Positions 1 through 10,259 of a stretch of 64,000 bases of DNA are shown here, one piece after another. A program made the translations under genes and the position numbers. Location: the NCBI GenBank assembly GCA_002364735.1, contig DEZB01000011.1, positions 65,371 through 129,370 on the forward strand, written 5' to 3'. Source of the DNA: Bacteroidales bacterium UBA3143 (GTDB lineage: Bacteria; Bacteroidota; Bacteroidia; Bacteroidales; Dysgonomonadaceae). The notes under the pieces are model-generated. The model had not been told where the DNA came from. It worked only from the letters and a program-made list of their open reading frames with translations, and searched no databases. How positions within the stretch are numbered: the first letter of the stretch is position 1; each line of letters opens with the position of its first letter.

Positions 1-782
1 TTAAATTCTGGAAAGAATGCACCAGCATATATCACTCTTTGTGCTTCAAAAAGCAGGTGATTACCTCTTTCTGAATAATTTCGCAGAATGTGCTCAGCGT
101 GTTTGTGATAATTCACTAAGAATTGTGACAAAAACGCTGGCGTGAAATGAGGACTGTCTTTAAAATAAAGAAACTGCTCGGTTTGATCTTCAAGGCGATG
201 ACTTACTTCTAAAGGTCGCCATGCAAAACCCATATTCTCTAACACTTTATCACCATCACTCAGTAGTTTGGCTTCTTTTCTGTCAAGCAAGGGGTTTTTA
301 TCTATCCAATCTAAGTATTGAAATGCCCACTCCTTAGCATACTTTTCGTCACCCGATAGTTTGTAAGCCTTACCCATTGGCGACCACCATTTGTGGCGGT
401 GTAGTTGCCAGCGCAACTCATTGTCTTGAATGGGCCAGTACTCCCAATTAATATCATCGCCATATGAATAAGAAGGCTGATAGCCACGGTGAGCAAAGAA
501 CTTATGCTGTAAGGCATCATCGGCCCACTGTTGTTGAGCAGTGCCAATATTGATATTATTTAAATCAACATCGGGATGATGAATGAAAGGTCTACTTTGG
601 TAGTATTCCAAAAGGGCGTTAGCAGCTTCAGCATCTTTACCTTGATCATGAAGTGTTTTCACCTTTTCAAGACCATCTGCACTGAGATTCAATAAATAGA
701 AAACCTTTTTGTTAAGGTTTTGAGAAATACCTGTGAATGAGAACATCAAACATGATAAAGTAAAAATCGCTATTTTTTTCAT
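1..782 (-). CDS. heparinase II/III-like polysaccharide lyase, N-terminal part (gene continues past the window edge)
   Basis: Own translation of the minus strand from ATG at 782..780 gives MKKIAIFTLSCLMFSFTGISQ (signal peptide) ... WQLHRHKWW ... RGNHLLFEAQRVIYAGAFFPEF. It stays open to position 1 and is absent from the ORF track because no stop lies in the window. The Trp-rich alginate-lyase/heparinase II-III N-domain pattern and the adjacent GH88 gene support the call. Confidence 0.65.
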   Translation of the reverse strand, partial: MKKIAIFTLSCLMFSFTGISQNLNKKVFYLLNLSADGLEKVKTLHDQGKDAEAANALLEYYQSRPFIHHPDVDLNNINIGTAQQQWADDALQHKFFAHRGYQPSYSYGDDINWEYWPIQDNELRWQLHRHKWWSPMGKAYKLSGDEKYAKEWAFQYLDWIDKNPLLDRKEAKLLSDGDKVLENMGFAWRPLEVSHRLEDQTEQFLYFKDSPHFTPAFLSQFLVNYHKHAEHILRNYSERGNHLLFEAQRVIYAGAFFPEF

Positions 783-785
783 TGT

Positions 786-1988
786 TTATTTTTGATTATA
801 ATTCAAGTAACGCTTCAGTGTTTCTAAATAATAATAATCTGCATAATTGAGAGGTGTATCAATTTCAGAGTTAGCAGGAAGATGCCCAACTGAATGTTTC
901 AATATAAATCCTAAGTTGTCTCCTTTTGCAGCTAAGTATTTATCGCTTGATAAATTCTTTAAAATAGTTTCAGCATAATTAAAGTAAGTGTCTTTTTTTG
1001 CTGCATCGTACGTTGATAATTCTAAAAGAGCAGATGCTGTAATGGATGCTGCTGAAGCGTCGCGAAGTGCATCGGGTATGTTAGGTGCATTGTAATCCCA
1101 ATATGGAATAAGGTCATCTGTTTTTACATTGTCCATAATAAATGAAGCAATATTGTTGGCAAAGTCTAAGTACTTTTGGTCTTTAGTAAATCTGTACATA
1201 ACTACATACCCATACAAGCCCCAAGCTTGACCTCTGGCCCAAGCAGAGTCATCGCTATAACCTTGGTGGGTAGCTTTCAGTATTACATCGCCTGAGATTG
1301 TATCATAATCTACAAGATGAAACGATGAAAAATCATCGCGGTAATGATGCTCCATTGTTGTGTTAGCATGACGAATGGCTACATCTTTGTATTTAGGATC
1401 ATTTGTTTGTTCACTTGCCCAGAATAGCAATTCCAGATTCATCATGTTATCTATGATTACAGGATACTGCCAACTTCCAAAATCCCATGAACGAATAGCT
1501 TGTGTGTTTTCGTTAAATCTTCCAATCAAGTTATCTGCAGTTTCAACCATCACAGGAATCGCTTCAGCATCACCCGTTATGCGATAGTCATTGCCATAAC
1601 TGCAAAAAATCATGAAACCCAAATCATGCGTATCTTTATAATACCTTAAGTCGTTTAAAAGATTTGTATATTTCTGAGCTTCATTTTTGAAGTATTCGTT
1701 ATTTGTTAGTTCATAAAGATACCACAGACTGCCAGGAAAGAATCCACTTGTCCAATCGTAAATATGCTCAAGACGTATTTCCCCATTTTTAATAGAGCGA
1801 GGCATTTTAGCGGAATCTGCTATAGATTCTGCCATCATCTTCGTTTGATATGATGCTGTCTCAATTGCGTTTTCTTCCCAAGAAGTTTCTTTGTTGTCTT
1901 TGCCACATGCCAATAGGCTTAAGCTTATTGCAAGAGTTAATAGAATAGATAATTTTTGGTTCATTTTATTAATAATTGGTTGTTGCAT
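786..1988 (-). CDS. glycoside hydrolase family 88 unsaturated glucuronyl hydrolase (lipoprotein)
   Basis: 400 aa ORF. Lipobox LSLLAC-GK. GH88-type motifs DWTSGFFPGSLWYLYE, HDLGFM and WARGQAWGLYG. An alternative start at M9 (1964) gives a canonical signal peptide. Confidence 0.85.
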   Translation of the reverse strand: MQQPIINKMNQKLSILLTLAISLSLLACGKDNKETSWEENAIETASYQTKMMAESIADSAKMPRSIKNGEIRLEHIYDWTSGFFPGSLWYLYELTNNEYFKNEAQKYTNLLNDLRYYKDTHDLGFMIFCSYGNDYRITGDAEAIPVMVETADNLIGRFNENTQAIRSWDFGSWQYPVIIDNMMNLELLFWASEQTNDPKYKDVAIRHANTTMEHHYRDDFSSFHLVDYDTISGDVILKATHQGYSDDSAWARGQAWGLYGYVVMYRFTKDQKYLDFANNIASFIMDNVKTDDLIPYWDYNAPNIPDALRDASAASITASALLELSTYDAAKKDTYFNYAETILKNLSSDKYLAAKGDNLGFILKHSVGHLPANSEIDTPLNYADYYYLETLKRYLNYNQK

Positions 1989-2208
1989 TTTTTAATACTG
2001 CTTACATTTTACACAAAGATATTATTTTGCAAGACACTTTCGCTTACATTTGTTTGCAAAAGCTATTATTTCTGTTAATCTCTTTTATTTTATCTGTTTC
2101 AGGTGTTCTTTAGAAAGACAACTGAAATATTTTTTTGAATTGAAACAAAACAAATAGCTAATAAAAAGAAGATTCATATATTTCAATCCGTTTTCAAAAA
2201 GATATTTG

Positions 2209-2216
2209 TAAATTTG
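2209..2216 (+). promoter_or_regulatory. candidate Bacteroidota -7 promoter box (TAaaTTTG) for pruA
   Basis: Exact match to the TAnnTTTG consensus, 53 nt upstream of the ATG at 2269, in the divergent intergenic region. Confidence 0.45.
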
Positions 2217-2268
2217 CTACTATTGAATTGAAAAAATGGACATATATACACACTAAAACTAAATACTG

Positions 2269-3900
2269 ATGACAAAAGCTATCTTTGATCTACCAGAAAT
2301 TACGAACGAGCCAGTCAAAAGTTATGCGCCGGGTACCGCAGAAAGAAAAGAGCTAAAAGCTAAGTTAACCGAATTCAAAAAAGGTGGTCTGGATCTTCCT
2401 ATGGTTATAGATGGGAAAGAAGTGCGCACTGATAAACTTCACGACATTCGCCCTCCACACAATCACCAACATTTGTTGGGTCATTATCACCAAGGTGGCA
2501 AAGAGCATGTGCAAATGGCTATAGATGCTGCACTGAAAGCTAAACCAGCATGGGAGAATATGAATTGGGAGAGCAGAGCGGCAATTTTCTTGAAAGCTGC
2601 TGATCTAATTGCAGGTCCTTATCGTCAGTCGATTAATGCAGCAACCATGTTGGGACAGTCTAAAAATGCTTTTCAATCGGAAATAGATGCTGCATGCGAA
2701 CTGGTAGATTTCTATCGGTTTAATGTAAGAAACATGTACGATTTGTATGCCATGCAACCTAATTCATCTGCAGGAATATGGAACAGAATGGTGTGGCGTC
2801 CTATTGAAGGATTTATTTTTGCTTTGTCTCCATTCAATTTCACAGCCATTGCTGGTAACTTGCCAGGTGCACCAGCACTAATGGGAAACACCGTTGTTTG
2901 GAAACCATCTAAAACGGCTGTTTACTCCGCTCACATAATCATGCAGATACTTCAAGAAGCAGGATTGCCTGATGGTGTTATCAACTTGGTGTATTGCTCT
3001 GGTCCAGATGCAGCCGATGTAATCTTTAAGGACAAGCATTTTGCTGGATTGCATTTCACAGGCTCAACAAAAGTGTTTGACGGTATGTGGAAAACAATTT
3101 CTGAGAATGTATCAACCTACAACTCCTATCCACGTATTGTGGGTGAAACGGGTGGGAAGGATTATGTTTTTGCTGACCCTACAGCTAACGCCAAACAAGT
3201 AGCTACAGCATTAATACGCGGCGCATTTGAATACCAAGGACAAAAATGTTCTGCTGCATCGCGCGCGTATATTCCAGAGAATTTGTGGGATGATGTTCTG
3301 AAATATATGAAGGATGACCTAAAGAACATAAAAGTGGGTGATGTGGAAAACTTCACCAACTTTGTGAATGCGGTGATTGATGAGGCGTCTTTCGATAAAT
3401 TAGCCAAGTATATCGATGAAGCGAAGGCTTCTGGTGATGCTGAAGTTATATTAGGTGGAGAGTATGACAAAAAGGTGGGTTATTTTATTCATCCAACTGT
3501 AATTTTAGCAAAGAAACCCGATTATGTGACGATGAGAGAAGAGTTGTTTGGACCAATTTTAACTGTCTATGTGTATAAGCCGGATGAAGTGGAAGAGACA
3601 TTGGATATTTTGGACAAAACATCGAGATATGCTTTGACAGGTGCAATTTTCTCAGCTCGCAGAGATAAGATAGAACACTACACACACCGATTGATGCACA
3701 CAGCTGGCAACTTCTACATCAACGACAAACCAACTGGTGCGGTTGTAGATCAACAGCCATTTGGTGGTGGACGAAGATCGGGAACAAATGATAAGGCAGG
3801 ATCAATATTCAATTTGATTCGTTGGGCATCTCCACAATGTATCAAAGAAACGTTTGTGCCAGCAACAGATTATATGTATCCGAATTTTTTGGAAGAATAA
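2269..3900 (+). CDS. pruA: L-glutamate gamma-semialdehyde (1-pyrroline-5-carboxylate) dehydrogenase
   Basis: 543 aa aldehyde dehydrogenase. Catalytic Glu in VGETGGKD and Cys in QGQKCSAASR. Length and N-terminal region are typical of stand-alone P5C dehydrogenases. Confidence 0.88.
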   Translation: MTKAIFDLPEITNEPVKSYAPGTAERKELKAKLTEFKKGGLDLPMVIDGKEVRTDKLHDIRPPHNHQHLLGHYHQGGKEHVQMAIDAALKAKPAWENMNWESRAAIFLKAADLIAGPYRQSINAATMLGQSKNAFQSEIDAACELVDFYRFNVRNMYDLYAMQPNSSAGIWNRMVWRPIEGFIFALSPFNFTAIAGNLPGAPALMGNTVVWKPSKTAVYSAHIIMQILQEAGLPDGVINLVYCSGPDAADVIFKDKHFAGLHFTGSTKVFDGMWKTISENVSTYNSYPRIVGETGGKDYVFADPTANAKQVATALIRGAFEYQGQKCSAASRAYIPENLWDDVLKYMKDDLKNIKVGDVENFTNFVNAVIDEASFDKLAKYIDEAKASGDAEVILGGEYDKKVGYFIHPTVILAKKPDYVTMREELFGPILTVYVYKPDEVEETLDILDKTSRYALTGAIFSARRDKIEHYTHRLMHTAGNFYINDKPTGAVVDQQPFGGGRRSGTNDKAGSIFNLIRWASPQCIKETFVPATDYMYPNFLEE

Positions 3901-4025
3901 GGTTCCTTTTAATTGAAAAGTGAAAATGACCTTCTTATGCGAACTTGTGCCAATATAATAGTGATTAGTTTACAAACATAACAACTAACAACCTTGTTAT
4001 TTGAATATTATCAAACTCAACAACA

Positions 4026-4727
4026 ATGAAAAAAATTAATATAGCCGTAGATGGGGTCTCTTCAAGTGGTAAAAGTACAATGGCTAAAGATTTAGCCAAA
4101 ATAATTGGATACATATATATTGACAGTGGAGCAATGTATAGGGCAGTAACCCTGTATGCTTTGCGGAACGGAATCATTAATAAAGATAAAACCATTGATG
4201 AAGACAAACTAAGGGAACATCTACCCAATATTGATATTCAGTTTAAGCTGAATCCCTTGACTGGTCGCCCCGACACGTATCTGAATGGTGAAAATGTGGA
4301 AAGAGAGATTAGAGGAATGGAGGTCTCCCAATTGGTTAGCCCTGTAAGTGCCATAGGTTTTTTGAGAAAGGAAATGGTGGAGCAACAACAAAAGATGAGT
4401 CTGGACAAAGGAGTTGTGATGGATGGAAGGGATATTGGTACAGTTGTTTTTCCAACGGCTGAGTTGAAGTTGTTTATTTCAGCCTCACCCGAAATCAGAG
4501 CCAAGCGCAGAATGGACGAATTGAGAATGAAAGGAGACCAAGAGACAACGTATGAAGAGGTGCTTCAAAACATAAAATATCGCGACGATCATGATCAAAA
4601 CAGAAAAGAAAGTCCACTTCGCAAAGCGGACGATGCAATTGTGTTGGACAACTCAACTGTAAACATCGAACAGCAATTGGATTGGGCGCTGGACATGTAC
4701 CACAAAACCATAAACAAAACATTATGA
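4026..4727 (+). CDS. cmk: cytidylate kinase
   Basis: 233 aa. P-loop AVDGVSSSGKST, then IDSGAMYRA and MDGRDIGTVVFP motifs. Confidence 0.92.
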   Translation: MKKINIAVDGVSSSGKSTMAKDLAKIIGYIYIDSGAMYRAVTLYALRNGIINKDKTIDEDKLREHLPNIDIQFKLNPLTGRPDTYLNGENVEREIRGMEVSQLVSPVSAIGFLRKEMVEQQQKMSLDKGVVMDGRDIGTVVFPTAELKLFISASPEIRAKRRMDELRMKGDQETTYEEVLQNIKYRDDHDQNRKESPLRKADDAIVLDNSTVNIEQQLDWALDMYHKTINKTL

Positions 4728-5617
4728 CATCAATTAAAATCGATAAAAGATCTGGATGTTGTTTTGGTGTTGCAAAAGCGATAGCAAAAGCAGAAGAAGA
4801 ACTAAAAAAAGGTGAAACACTATACTGTTTAGGTGATATAGTTCACAATACCTTAGAAGTAGAGCGATTAAACAAGCTTGGGTTAATTACAATAAACCTC
4901 GAACAGTTTAAAGTCCTTAAGAATGTGCGAGTGCTGCTTCGAGCCCACGGTGAACCACCCAGCACTTATGAAATAGCTAAAAAAAACAATATTGAGCTTA
5001 TTGATGCATCATGCCCTGTTGTATTAGGTTTGCAGAAGCGGATTAGACGTAAAGACCAAGAAAAAAGAGACGATGCTCAAATTGTTATTTACGGCAAAAA
5101 AGGGCACGCAGAAATTATTGGGCTTAAAGGGCAAACTGATTCAAACTCTATAATAATTGAAAGCAAAGAAGATTTAAAAAAACTTGACTTCTCAAAAGAT
5201 ATTCATTTGTTTTCGCAAACTACAAAACCGTTAGACGGATTTAAAGAAATAACCACTTTGATAGCAGAAAATATGAATGAAGGTGCAAACTTCGAATTTT
5301 TTGATACCATTTGTCGTCAAGTTTCCAATCGTGTACCAAACATGAAGGAATTTGCAGAAAAACATGATTTGATATTCTTTATTGCAGGAGAAAAAAGCTC
5401 AAACGGGAAGGTACTATTTGAAGAATGTGAAAAGCACAATCCTAATTCTCATTTTATTCATAGTCCAGAAGAGGTTGATCTTACATTAGTGGGTGATAAT
5501 ACAAGTATAGGAATTTGTGGTGCAACCTCCACTCCTAAATGGCAAATGGAAGAGGTCGCAAAGATTGTAAAGAAATTAAAACCAGACGTTCACTTAAACG
5601 ATTCAACAACATTTTAA
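4724..5617 (+). CDS. ispH: 4-hydroxy-3-methylbut-2-enyl diphosphate reductase
   Basis: Motifs CCFGVAKAI, RAHGEPP, DASCPVV, FSQTT and DTICRQVSNR. I place the start at ATG 4724 (MTSIKID...), which overlaps the cmk stop as ATGA. The track start at 4682 would lie inside cmk. Confidence 0.9.
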   Translation: MTSIKIDKRSGCCFGVAKAIAKAEEELKKGETLYCLGDIVHNTLEVERLNKLGLITINLEQFKVLKNVRVLLRAHGEPPSTYEIAKKNNIELIDASCPVVLGLQKRIRRKDQEKRDDAQIVIYGKKGHAEIIGLKGQTDSNSIIIESKEDLKKLDFSKDIHLFSQTTKPLDGFKEITTLIAENMNEGANFEFFDTICRQVSNRVPNMKEFAEKHDLIFFIAGEKSSNGKVLFEECEKHNPNSHFIHSPEEVDLTLVGDNTSIGICGATSTPKWQMEEVAKIVKKLKPDVHLNDSTTF

Positions 5618-5651
5618 ATGCCTGTTCTTTATCTTTGTCGGTTTATTTTTT

Positions 5652-5659
5652 TATCTTTG
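5652..5659 (+). promoter_or_regulatory. candidate -7 promoter box (TAtcTTTG) for pfkA, with a second identical box at 5630..5637
   Basis: tttatctttg occurs twice, 22 bp apart. The proximal copy is 49 nt upstream of the ATG at 5708. Confidence 0.45.
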
Positions 5660-5707
5660 CACTTTAATTTCTATTAGGTACTATCATTCAAATTATATAA
5701 ATAATAA

Positions 5708-6691
5708 ATGCTTCAATCGATAAAATGTATAGGCATTCTTACTTCTGGAGGAGATGCTCCTGGAATGAATGCAGCCATTAGAGCAGTAACCAGATCTGCT
5801 ATTTTTAATGATATTAAAGTAAAAGGAATCTACAGAGGCTTTAAAGGTTTACTAACAGGCGAAATTGAGGATTTTAAAACAAATAGTGTTAGTAACATTA
5901 TACAACGTGGAGGAACAGTATTAAAATCAGCCCGTTGTGATGAGTTCTTGAACAAGGAAGGTAGAAAAGTTGCATTTGAAAATATGCGCAAGCATGAAAT
6001 AGATGCGCTGGTGGTTGTGGGAGGCGATGGTTCGCTAACGGGTGCAGCTATATTTGCTCAAGAGAACAATATACCAATTGTAGGACTCCCTGCCACTATC
6101 GATAATGACTTAATGGGAACCGATGTAACAATTGGATACAACACAGCATTAAACACAATTGTGGATGCTGTTGATAAAATACGAGATACAGCAAGTTCGC
6201 ACGAAAGACTATTTTTTATTGAAGTAATGGGGCGCAACTGTGGTGCATTAGCATTAAATAGTGCGATTGCCGCAGGAGCTGAAGCAGCCATCATTCCTGA
6301 GATAAGTATCGAGAAAGACCAACTACACGAATTCATATCGCAAGGTTTTAGAAAATCTAAAAACAGTAGTCTTGTATTGGTTGCCGAAAGTGAAATAACT
6401 GGTGGCGCACTTCAACTGGCTGAAAGAGTAAAGAATCAATATCCCCAATATGACGTGAGGGTGTCAATACTTGGACACTTACAACGTGGAGGCTCACCAT
6501 CTGCTCAAGATCGCATTCTTGCAAGTAGAATGGGTTACGCTGCTATTCAAGCTCTTCAAGAAGATCAACGCAATATAATGATAGGAATAAGGAACGAAGA
6601 GATTGTGTATGTACCTTTCTCTAAAGCTATCAAAAAAGAAAAACCAATCAATCCAGAATTAGTGGAACTGTTAAGAGTATTATCAATATAA
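5708..6691 (+). CDS. pfkA: ATP-dependent 6-phosphofructokinase
   Basis: 327 aa. Motifs [34 protein letters not shown] and LGHLQRGG. Confidence 0.92.
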   Translation: MLQSIKCIGILTSGGDAPGMNAAIRAVTRSAIFNDIKVKGIYRGFKGLLTGEIEDFKTNSVSNIIQRGGTVLKSARCDEFLNKEGRKVAFENMRKHEIDALVVVGGDGSLTGAAIFAQENNIPIVGLPATIDNDLMGTDVTIGYNTALNTIVDAVDKIRDTASSHERLFFIEVMGRNCGALALNSAIAAGAEAAIIPEISIEKDQLHEFISQGFRKSKNSSLVLVAESEITGGALQLAERVKNQYPQYDVRVSILGHLQRGGSPSAQDRILASRMGYAAIQALQEDQRNIMIGIRNEEIVYVPFSKAIKKEKPINPELVELLRVLSI

Positions 6692-6810
6692 TACTACTTA
6701 TAAATTTTAAAACGACAACGATTAATTGGATTAGAAATGTTTGTATGTTCTGTTCAGATTAAATTAGATTAAAAACAATTATTCAACAAAATATTTAAAT
6801 AATCATCATT

Positions 6811-7218
6811 ATGGATATAACACATATTGAGCATATAGGAATTGCTGTAAAAAGTATAGAAGAGCAGCTACCCTATTACGAAGAAATTCTTGGATTGAAA
6901 TGCTACAACATTGAAACTGTAGAAGATCAAAAAGTGAAAACTGCATTTTTCAAAGTTGGTCAAACCAAAATTGAGCTTTTGGAACCTACCAGCGAAGACA
7001 GCACAATTGCTAAGTTTATTGAAAATCGTGGTGAAGGTGTTCATCATATTGCTTTTGCAACAAATGATATTAGTAAAGCTTTGACAAAAGCAGAAGAAAA
7101 AGGTGTTGCCCTGATTGACAAAAAACCACGTAAAGGGGCTGAAGGATTAAATATTGCATTTTTGCATCCTAAATCAACAGGAAGAGTTCTTACTGAACTT
7201 TGCGAGCATCCTGAATAA
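6811..7218 (+). CDS. mce: methylmalonyl-CoA epimerase (VOC/glyoxalase fold)
   Basis: 135 aa. Motifs HIEHIGIAV and GEGVHHIAF. First gene of the methylmalonyl-CoA decarboxylase operon. Confidence 0.85.
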   Translation: MDITHIEHIGIAVKSIEEQLPYYEEILGLKCYNIETVEDQKVKTAFFKVGQTKIELLEPTSEDSTIAKFIENRGEGVHHIAFATNDISKALTKAEEKGVALIDKKPRKGAEGLNIAFLHPKSTGRVLTELCEHPE

Positions 7219-7280
7219 CATACAGGAATATTATAAAGCAATACATTCATATTTGATTAAAAATTAAAAAATATATTTAT

Positions 7281-8843
7281 ATGAGCAAGCAACTCGAAAA
7301 AATTAAACAGCTGATTCAACTACGTGAAAAAGCAAGAATGGGTGGTGGCGAAAAAAGAATAGAAGCGCAACACGGTAAGGGTAAATATACTGCCAGAGAA
7401 CGCATAGACATGCTCTTAGACGAAGGTAGCTTTGAAGAATTTGATATGTTTGTTGAACATCGTTCAACAAATTTTGGAATGGACAAAACAAAATTCCTGG
7501 GAGACGGTGTTGTAACTGGTTATGGAACTATTGATGGGCGTTTGGTTTATATCTTTGCGCAAGACTTCACTGTGTTTGGGGGTTCTCTTTCTGAAACACT
7601 TGCACTCAAGATTTGCAAGGTGATGGATCAAGCCATGAAGATGGGTGCGCCAGTTATTGGTATTAATGACTCAGGCGGTGCCAGAATTCAAGAGGGTGTT
7701 AACTCTTTGGCTGGCTATGCTGAGATTTTCCAACGCAACATTCTCGCATCGGGCGTAATTCCTCAAATTTCTGGAATTTTTGGTCCATGTGCTGGAGGTG
7801 CTGTTTATTCACCTGCATTAACTGACTTTACCCTTATGACAGAAGGCACATCATATATGTTCCTTACTGGTCCAAAAGTAGTGAAATCTGTTACTGGTGA
7901 AGATGTAACTCAAGAACAATTGGGTGGTGCTCACGTACACAGTACCAAATCGGGTGTTGCTCATTTTTCTGTAGAAACCGAAGAGGATGGTTTATCTCTA
8001 ATTCGGAACTTACTTAGTTTCTTACCTCAAAACAACTTAGAGGAAACGCCCCTTAGAAAAACTGATGATCCGATTGACAGACTTGAAGATGGCCTAAACG
8101 AAATTATACCTGACAATCCTAACAAACCATATGATATGTATGAAGTGATAGGTGGTATTATTGATAGCGGTGAGTTTTTAGAAGTTCATGCAAATTATGC
8201 AAAAAATATTATTGTAGGTTTTGCACGTTTTAATGGTCAGTCAGTTGGTATAGTAGCTAATCAACCAAAATATTTAGCAGGAGTATTAGATATAAATGCT
8301 TCTCGTAAAGCTGCACGTTTTGTCCGTTTTTGTGATGCTTTCAATATTCCTATTGTTACCCTTGTTGATGTTCCCGGATTCTTACCAGGAACTGCACAAG
8401 AATACGGCGGAGTAATTCTGAATGGAGCAAAATTGCTTTATGCATATGGTGAAGCTACTGTTCCAAAAATTACCGTTACATTGAGAAAGTCTTATGGTGG
8501 AGCTCACATTGTAATGAGCTGTAAACAACTACGTGGCGATCTTAATTATGCATGGCCAAGTGCCGAGATTGCTGTAATGGGAGCTGACGGAGCAGTTGAA
8601 GTACTGTACGGCAGGGAAGTTGCAGCACAAGAGACACCAGAGAAAAAAGCAGAAGTTATGCAAGCCAAAAAAGATGAGTACACCGATCTTTTTGCCAATC
8701 CATACAATGCTGCTCGTTATGGTTATATTGATGATGTAATTGAACCAAGAAACACTCGTTTCCGTATTATTCGCGGATTGCAACTTTTGCAAACTAAGAA
8801 ACTGCAAAATCCACCAAAGAAACATGATAACATGCCTTTATAA
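7281..8843 (+). CDS. mmdA: methylmalonyl-CoA decarboxylase alpha subunit (carboxyltransferase, propionyl-CoA carboxylase beta family)
   Basis: 520 aa carboxyl transferase with GGARIQEG and SYGGAH-type motifs. Operon context with a biotin carrier and a Na+ pump beta subunit. Confidence 0.9.
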   Translation: MSKQLEKIKQLIQLREKARMGGGEKRIEAQHGKGKYTARERIDMLLDEGSFEEFDMFVEHRSTNFGMDKTKFLGDGVVTGYGTIDGRLVYIFAQDFTVFGGSLSETLALKICKVMDQAMKMGAPVIGINDSGGARIQEGVNSLAGYAEIFQRNILASGVIPQISGIFGPCAGGAVYSPALTDFTLMTEGTSYMFLTGPKVVKSVTGEDVTQEQLGGAHVHSTKSGVAHFSVETEEDGLSLIRNLLSFLPQNNLEETPLRKTDDPIDRLEDGLNEIIPDNPNKPYDMYEVIGGIIDSGEFLEVHANYAKNIIVGFARFNGQSVGIVANQPKYLAGVLDINASRKAARFVRFCDAFNIPIVTLVDVPGFLPGTAQEYGGVILNGAKLLYAYGEATVPKITVTLRKSYGGAHIVMSCKQLRGDLNYAWPSAEIAVMGADGAVEVLYGREVAAQETPEKKAEVMQAKKDEYTDLFANPYNAARYGYIDDVIEPRNTRFRIIRGLQLLQTKKLQNPPKKHDNMPL

Positions 8844-8858
8844 AAGAAGATATAGAAT

Positions 8859-9761
8859 ATGATAGATAAAACAAAAATATTCATCCTTGCTATATCGTTA
8901 GTTTTCATAGCAGGTTGTAACAAAAAGATTCATCAGCCTGAGTGGGTGATTAACGAAGTCATGGTAGAGAATGAAAATAGTGTAACTAATGACTTTGGAG
9001 AGAGACATGCATGGATTGAGATTTATAACAACACATCAAGAAGTCAAAATTTAGCAGGTGCTTTCATAACAAACGATCCAAACAATCCTAAGAAGTATGC
9101 TATTCCACGCGGGGATGTTAAAACTATTGCAAAACCTCATCAACATCTTATTTTTTGGGCAGATAACAAGCCTCAGAATGGAACATTCCATCTGAGTTTT
9201 AAATTAGACCCAACAAAAGAGAATTACATTGCTCTTTACGAGTTGGATGGGAGAACGCTTATTGATGAGATAACTATTCCTGCTGGTTTGCTTACAAATA
9301 AAACTTACGGTTACGATGCTGACGGCATTAAGTATGATGCTCAAGGTAATGAATTGGCTCAAGTTTTAGACAGAGTAACCCCATCGAGCAATAACTTAGT
9401 GGTAGGAGAGAACCCAAAAATCATCGCTTTAAAAGAAAATGACCCTCATGGTGGAATGATAACAATAACATCGATGTTAGTAGTTTTTCTTGCTCTTATC
9501 GCACTTTATTTTGTTTTTAAATTCACTGGCAGAACAGCCAAGAATTTAACAAAAAGGAAAGCACTTAAAAGCGGTAAATTATCTGCCTACAAAACGCACG
9601 AGATATCTGGTGAAGTCTTAGCAGCGATATCTGCAGCTATACATGAATTGAACCAAGATGTTCATGACGTAGAATCTACTATATTGACTATTGATGAGGT
9701 GAAAAGAAAATATTCGCCTTGGAACTCAAAAATATATAGTTTAAGAAAACTGCCTAAGTAA
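8859..9761 (+). CDS. lamin-tail-domain lipoprotein fused to an OadG-like decarboxylase small subunit
   Basis: 300 aa. Lipobox FIAGC-NK. LTD-like segment VINEVMVEN...HAWIEIYNNTSRSQNLAGAFITND. A single TM helix (MITITSMLVVFLALIALYFVFKF) plus a charged tail resembles OadG/MmdD. The gene sits where the small subunit lies in mmd/oad operons. Confidence 0.6.
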   Translation: MIDKTKIFILAISLVFIAGCNKKIHQPEWVINEVMVENENSVTNDFGERHAWIEIYNNTSRSQNLAGAFITNDPNNPKKYAIPRGDVKTIAKPHQHLIFWADNKPQNGTFHLSFKLDPTKENYIALYELDGRTLIDEITIPAGLLTNKTYGYDADGIKYDAQGNELAQVLDRVTPSSNNLVVGENPKIIALKENDPHGGMITITSMLVVFLALIALYFVFKFTGRTAKNLTKRKALKSGKLSAYKTHEISGEVLAAISAAIHELNQDVHDVESTILTIDEVKRKYSPWNSKIYSLRKLPK

Positions 9762-9804
9762 AAATATCAATTAGTAATCATAAAAAAGAAATAACATAAT
9801 TCCT

Positions 9805-10248
9805 ATGAAAGAATTTAAATATACAATCAATGGTTCTCCATATAGAGTAGTAGTAGTAAACTCAGATGAAGAATCTGTTGGATTAGAGGTGAACGGTACA
9901 CCTTACGTGGTAGAACTTGAACAGAAAAAGAAAAAATCCATATCACGTATTCAAAGACAAGTTACTCCATCTTCTCAACAAAGAGAGGTTGCACCAAAAC
10001 CAAGCGTTACACGCACATCTGTGGCAGCAGCTGGTAGTACACAAATAAATTCACCTTTACCAGGTGTAATATTAGACCTTCGTGTGAAAGTAGGAGACAT
10101 AGTGAAAAAAGGTGATACTTTATTGGTATTAGAAGCTATGAAAATGGAAAATAATATTCAAGCAACTTCTGATGGCAAAGTAGCAAGCATTTCTATTCAA
10201 AAAGGAGATTCTGTGCTTGAAGGAGATGTATTAGTAGTAATAGAATAA
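9805..10248 (+). CDS. mmdC: biotin carboxyl carrier subunit of methylmalonyl-CoA decarboxylase
   Basis: 147 aa. Pro/Ala-rich linker and the biotinylation motif LEAMKMEN. Confidence 0.88.
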   Translation: MKEFKYTINGSPYRVVVVNSDEESVGLEVNGTPYVVELEQKKKKSISRIQRQVTPSSQQREVAPKPSVTRTSVAAAGSTQINSPLPGVILDLRVKVGDIVKKGDTLLVLEAMKMENNIQATSDGKVASISIQKGDSVLEGDVLVVIE

Positions 10249-10259
10249 ATATAGTACAT

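Noticed and set aside
3162-3685. Minus-strand ORFs of 102 and 66 aa within pruA
   Set aside because: They are antisense to a well-supported aldehyde dehydrogenase gene and have no motifs.
4682-4723. Upstream in-frame start for ispH
   Set aside because: It would overlap the cmk coding sequence by 46 nt. The ATG at 4724 gives the conserved IspH N-terminus and a typical ATGA stop/start overlap.
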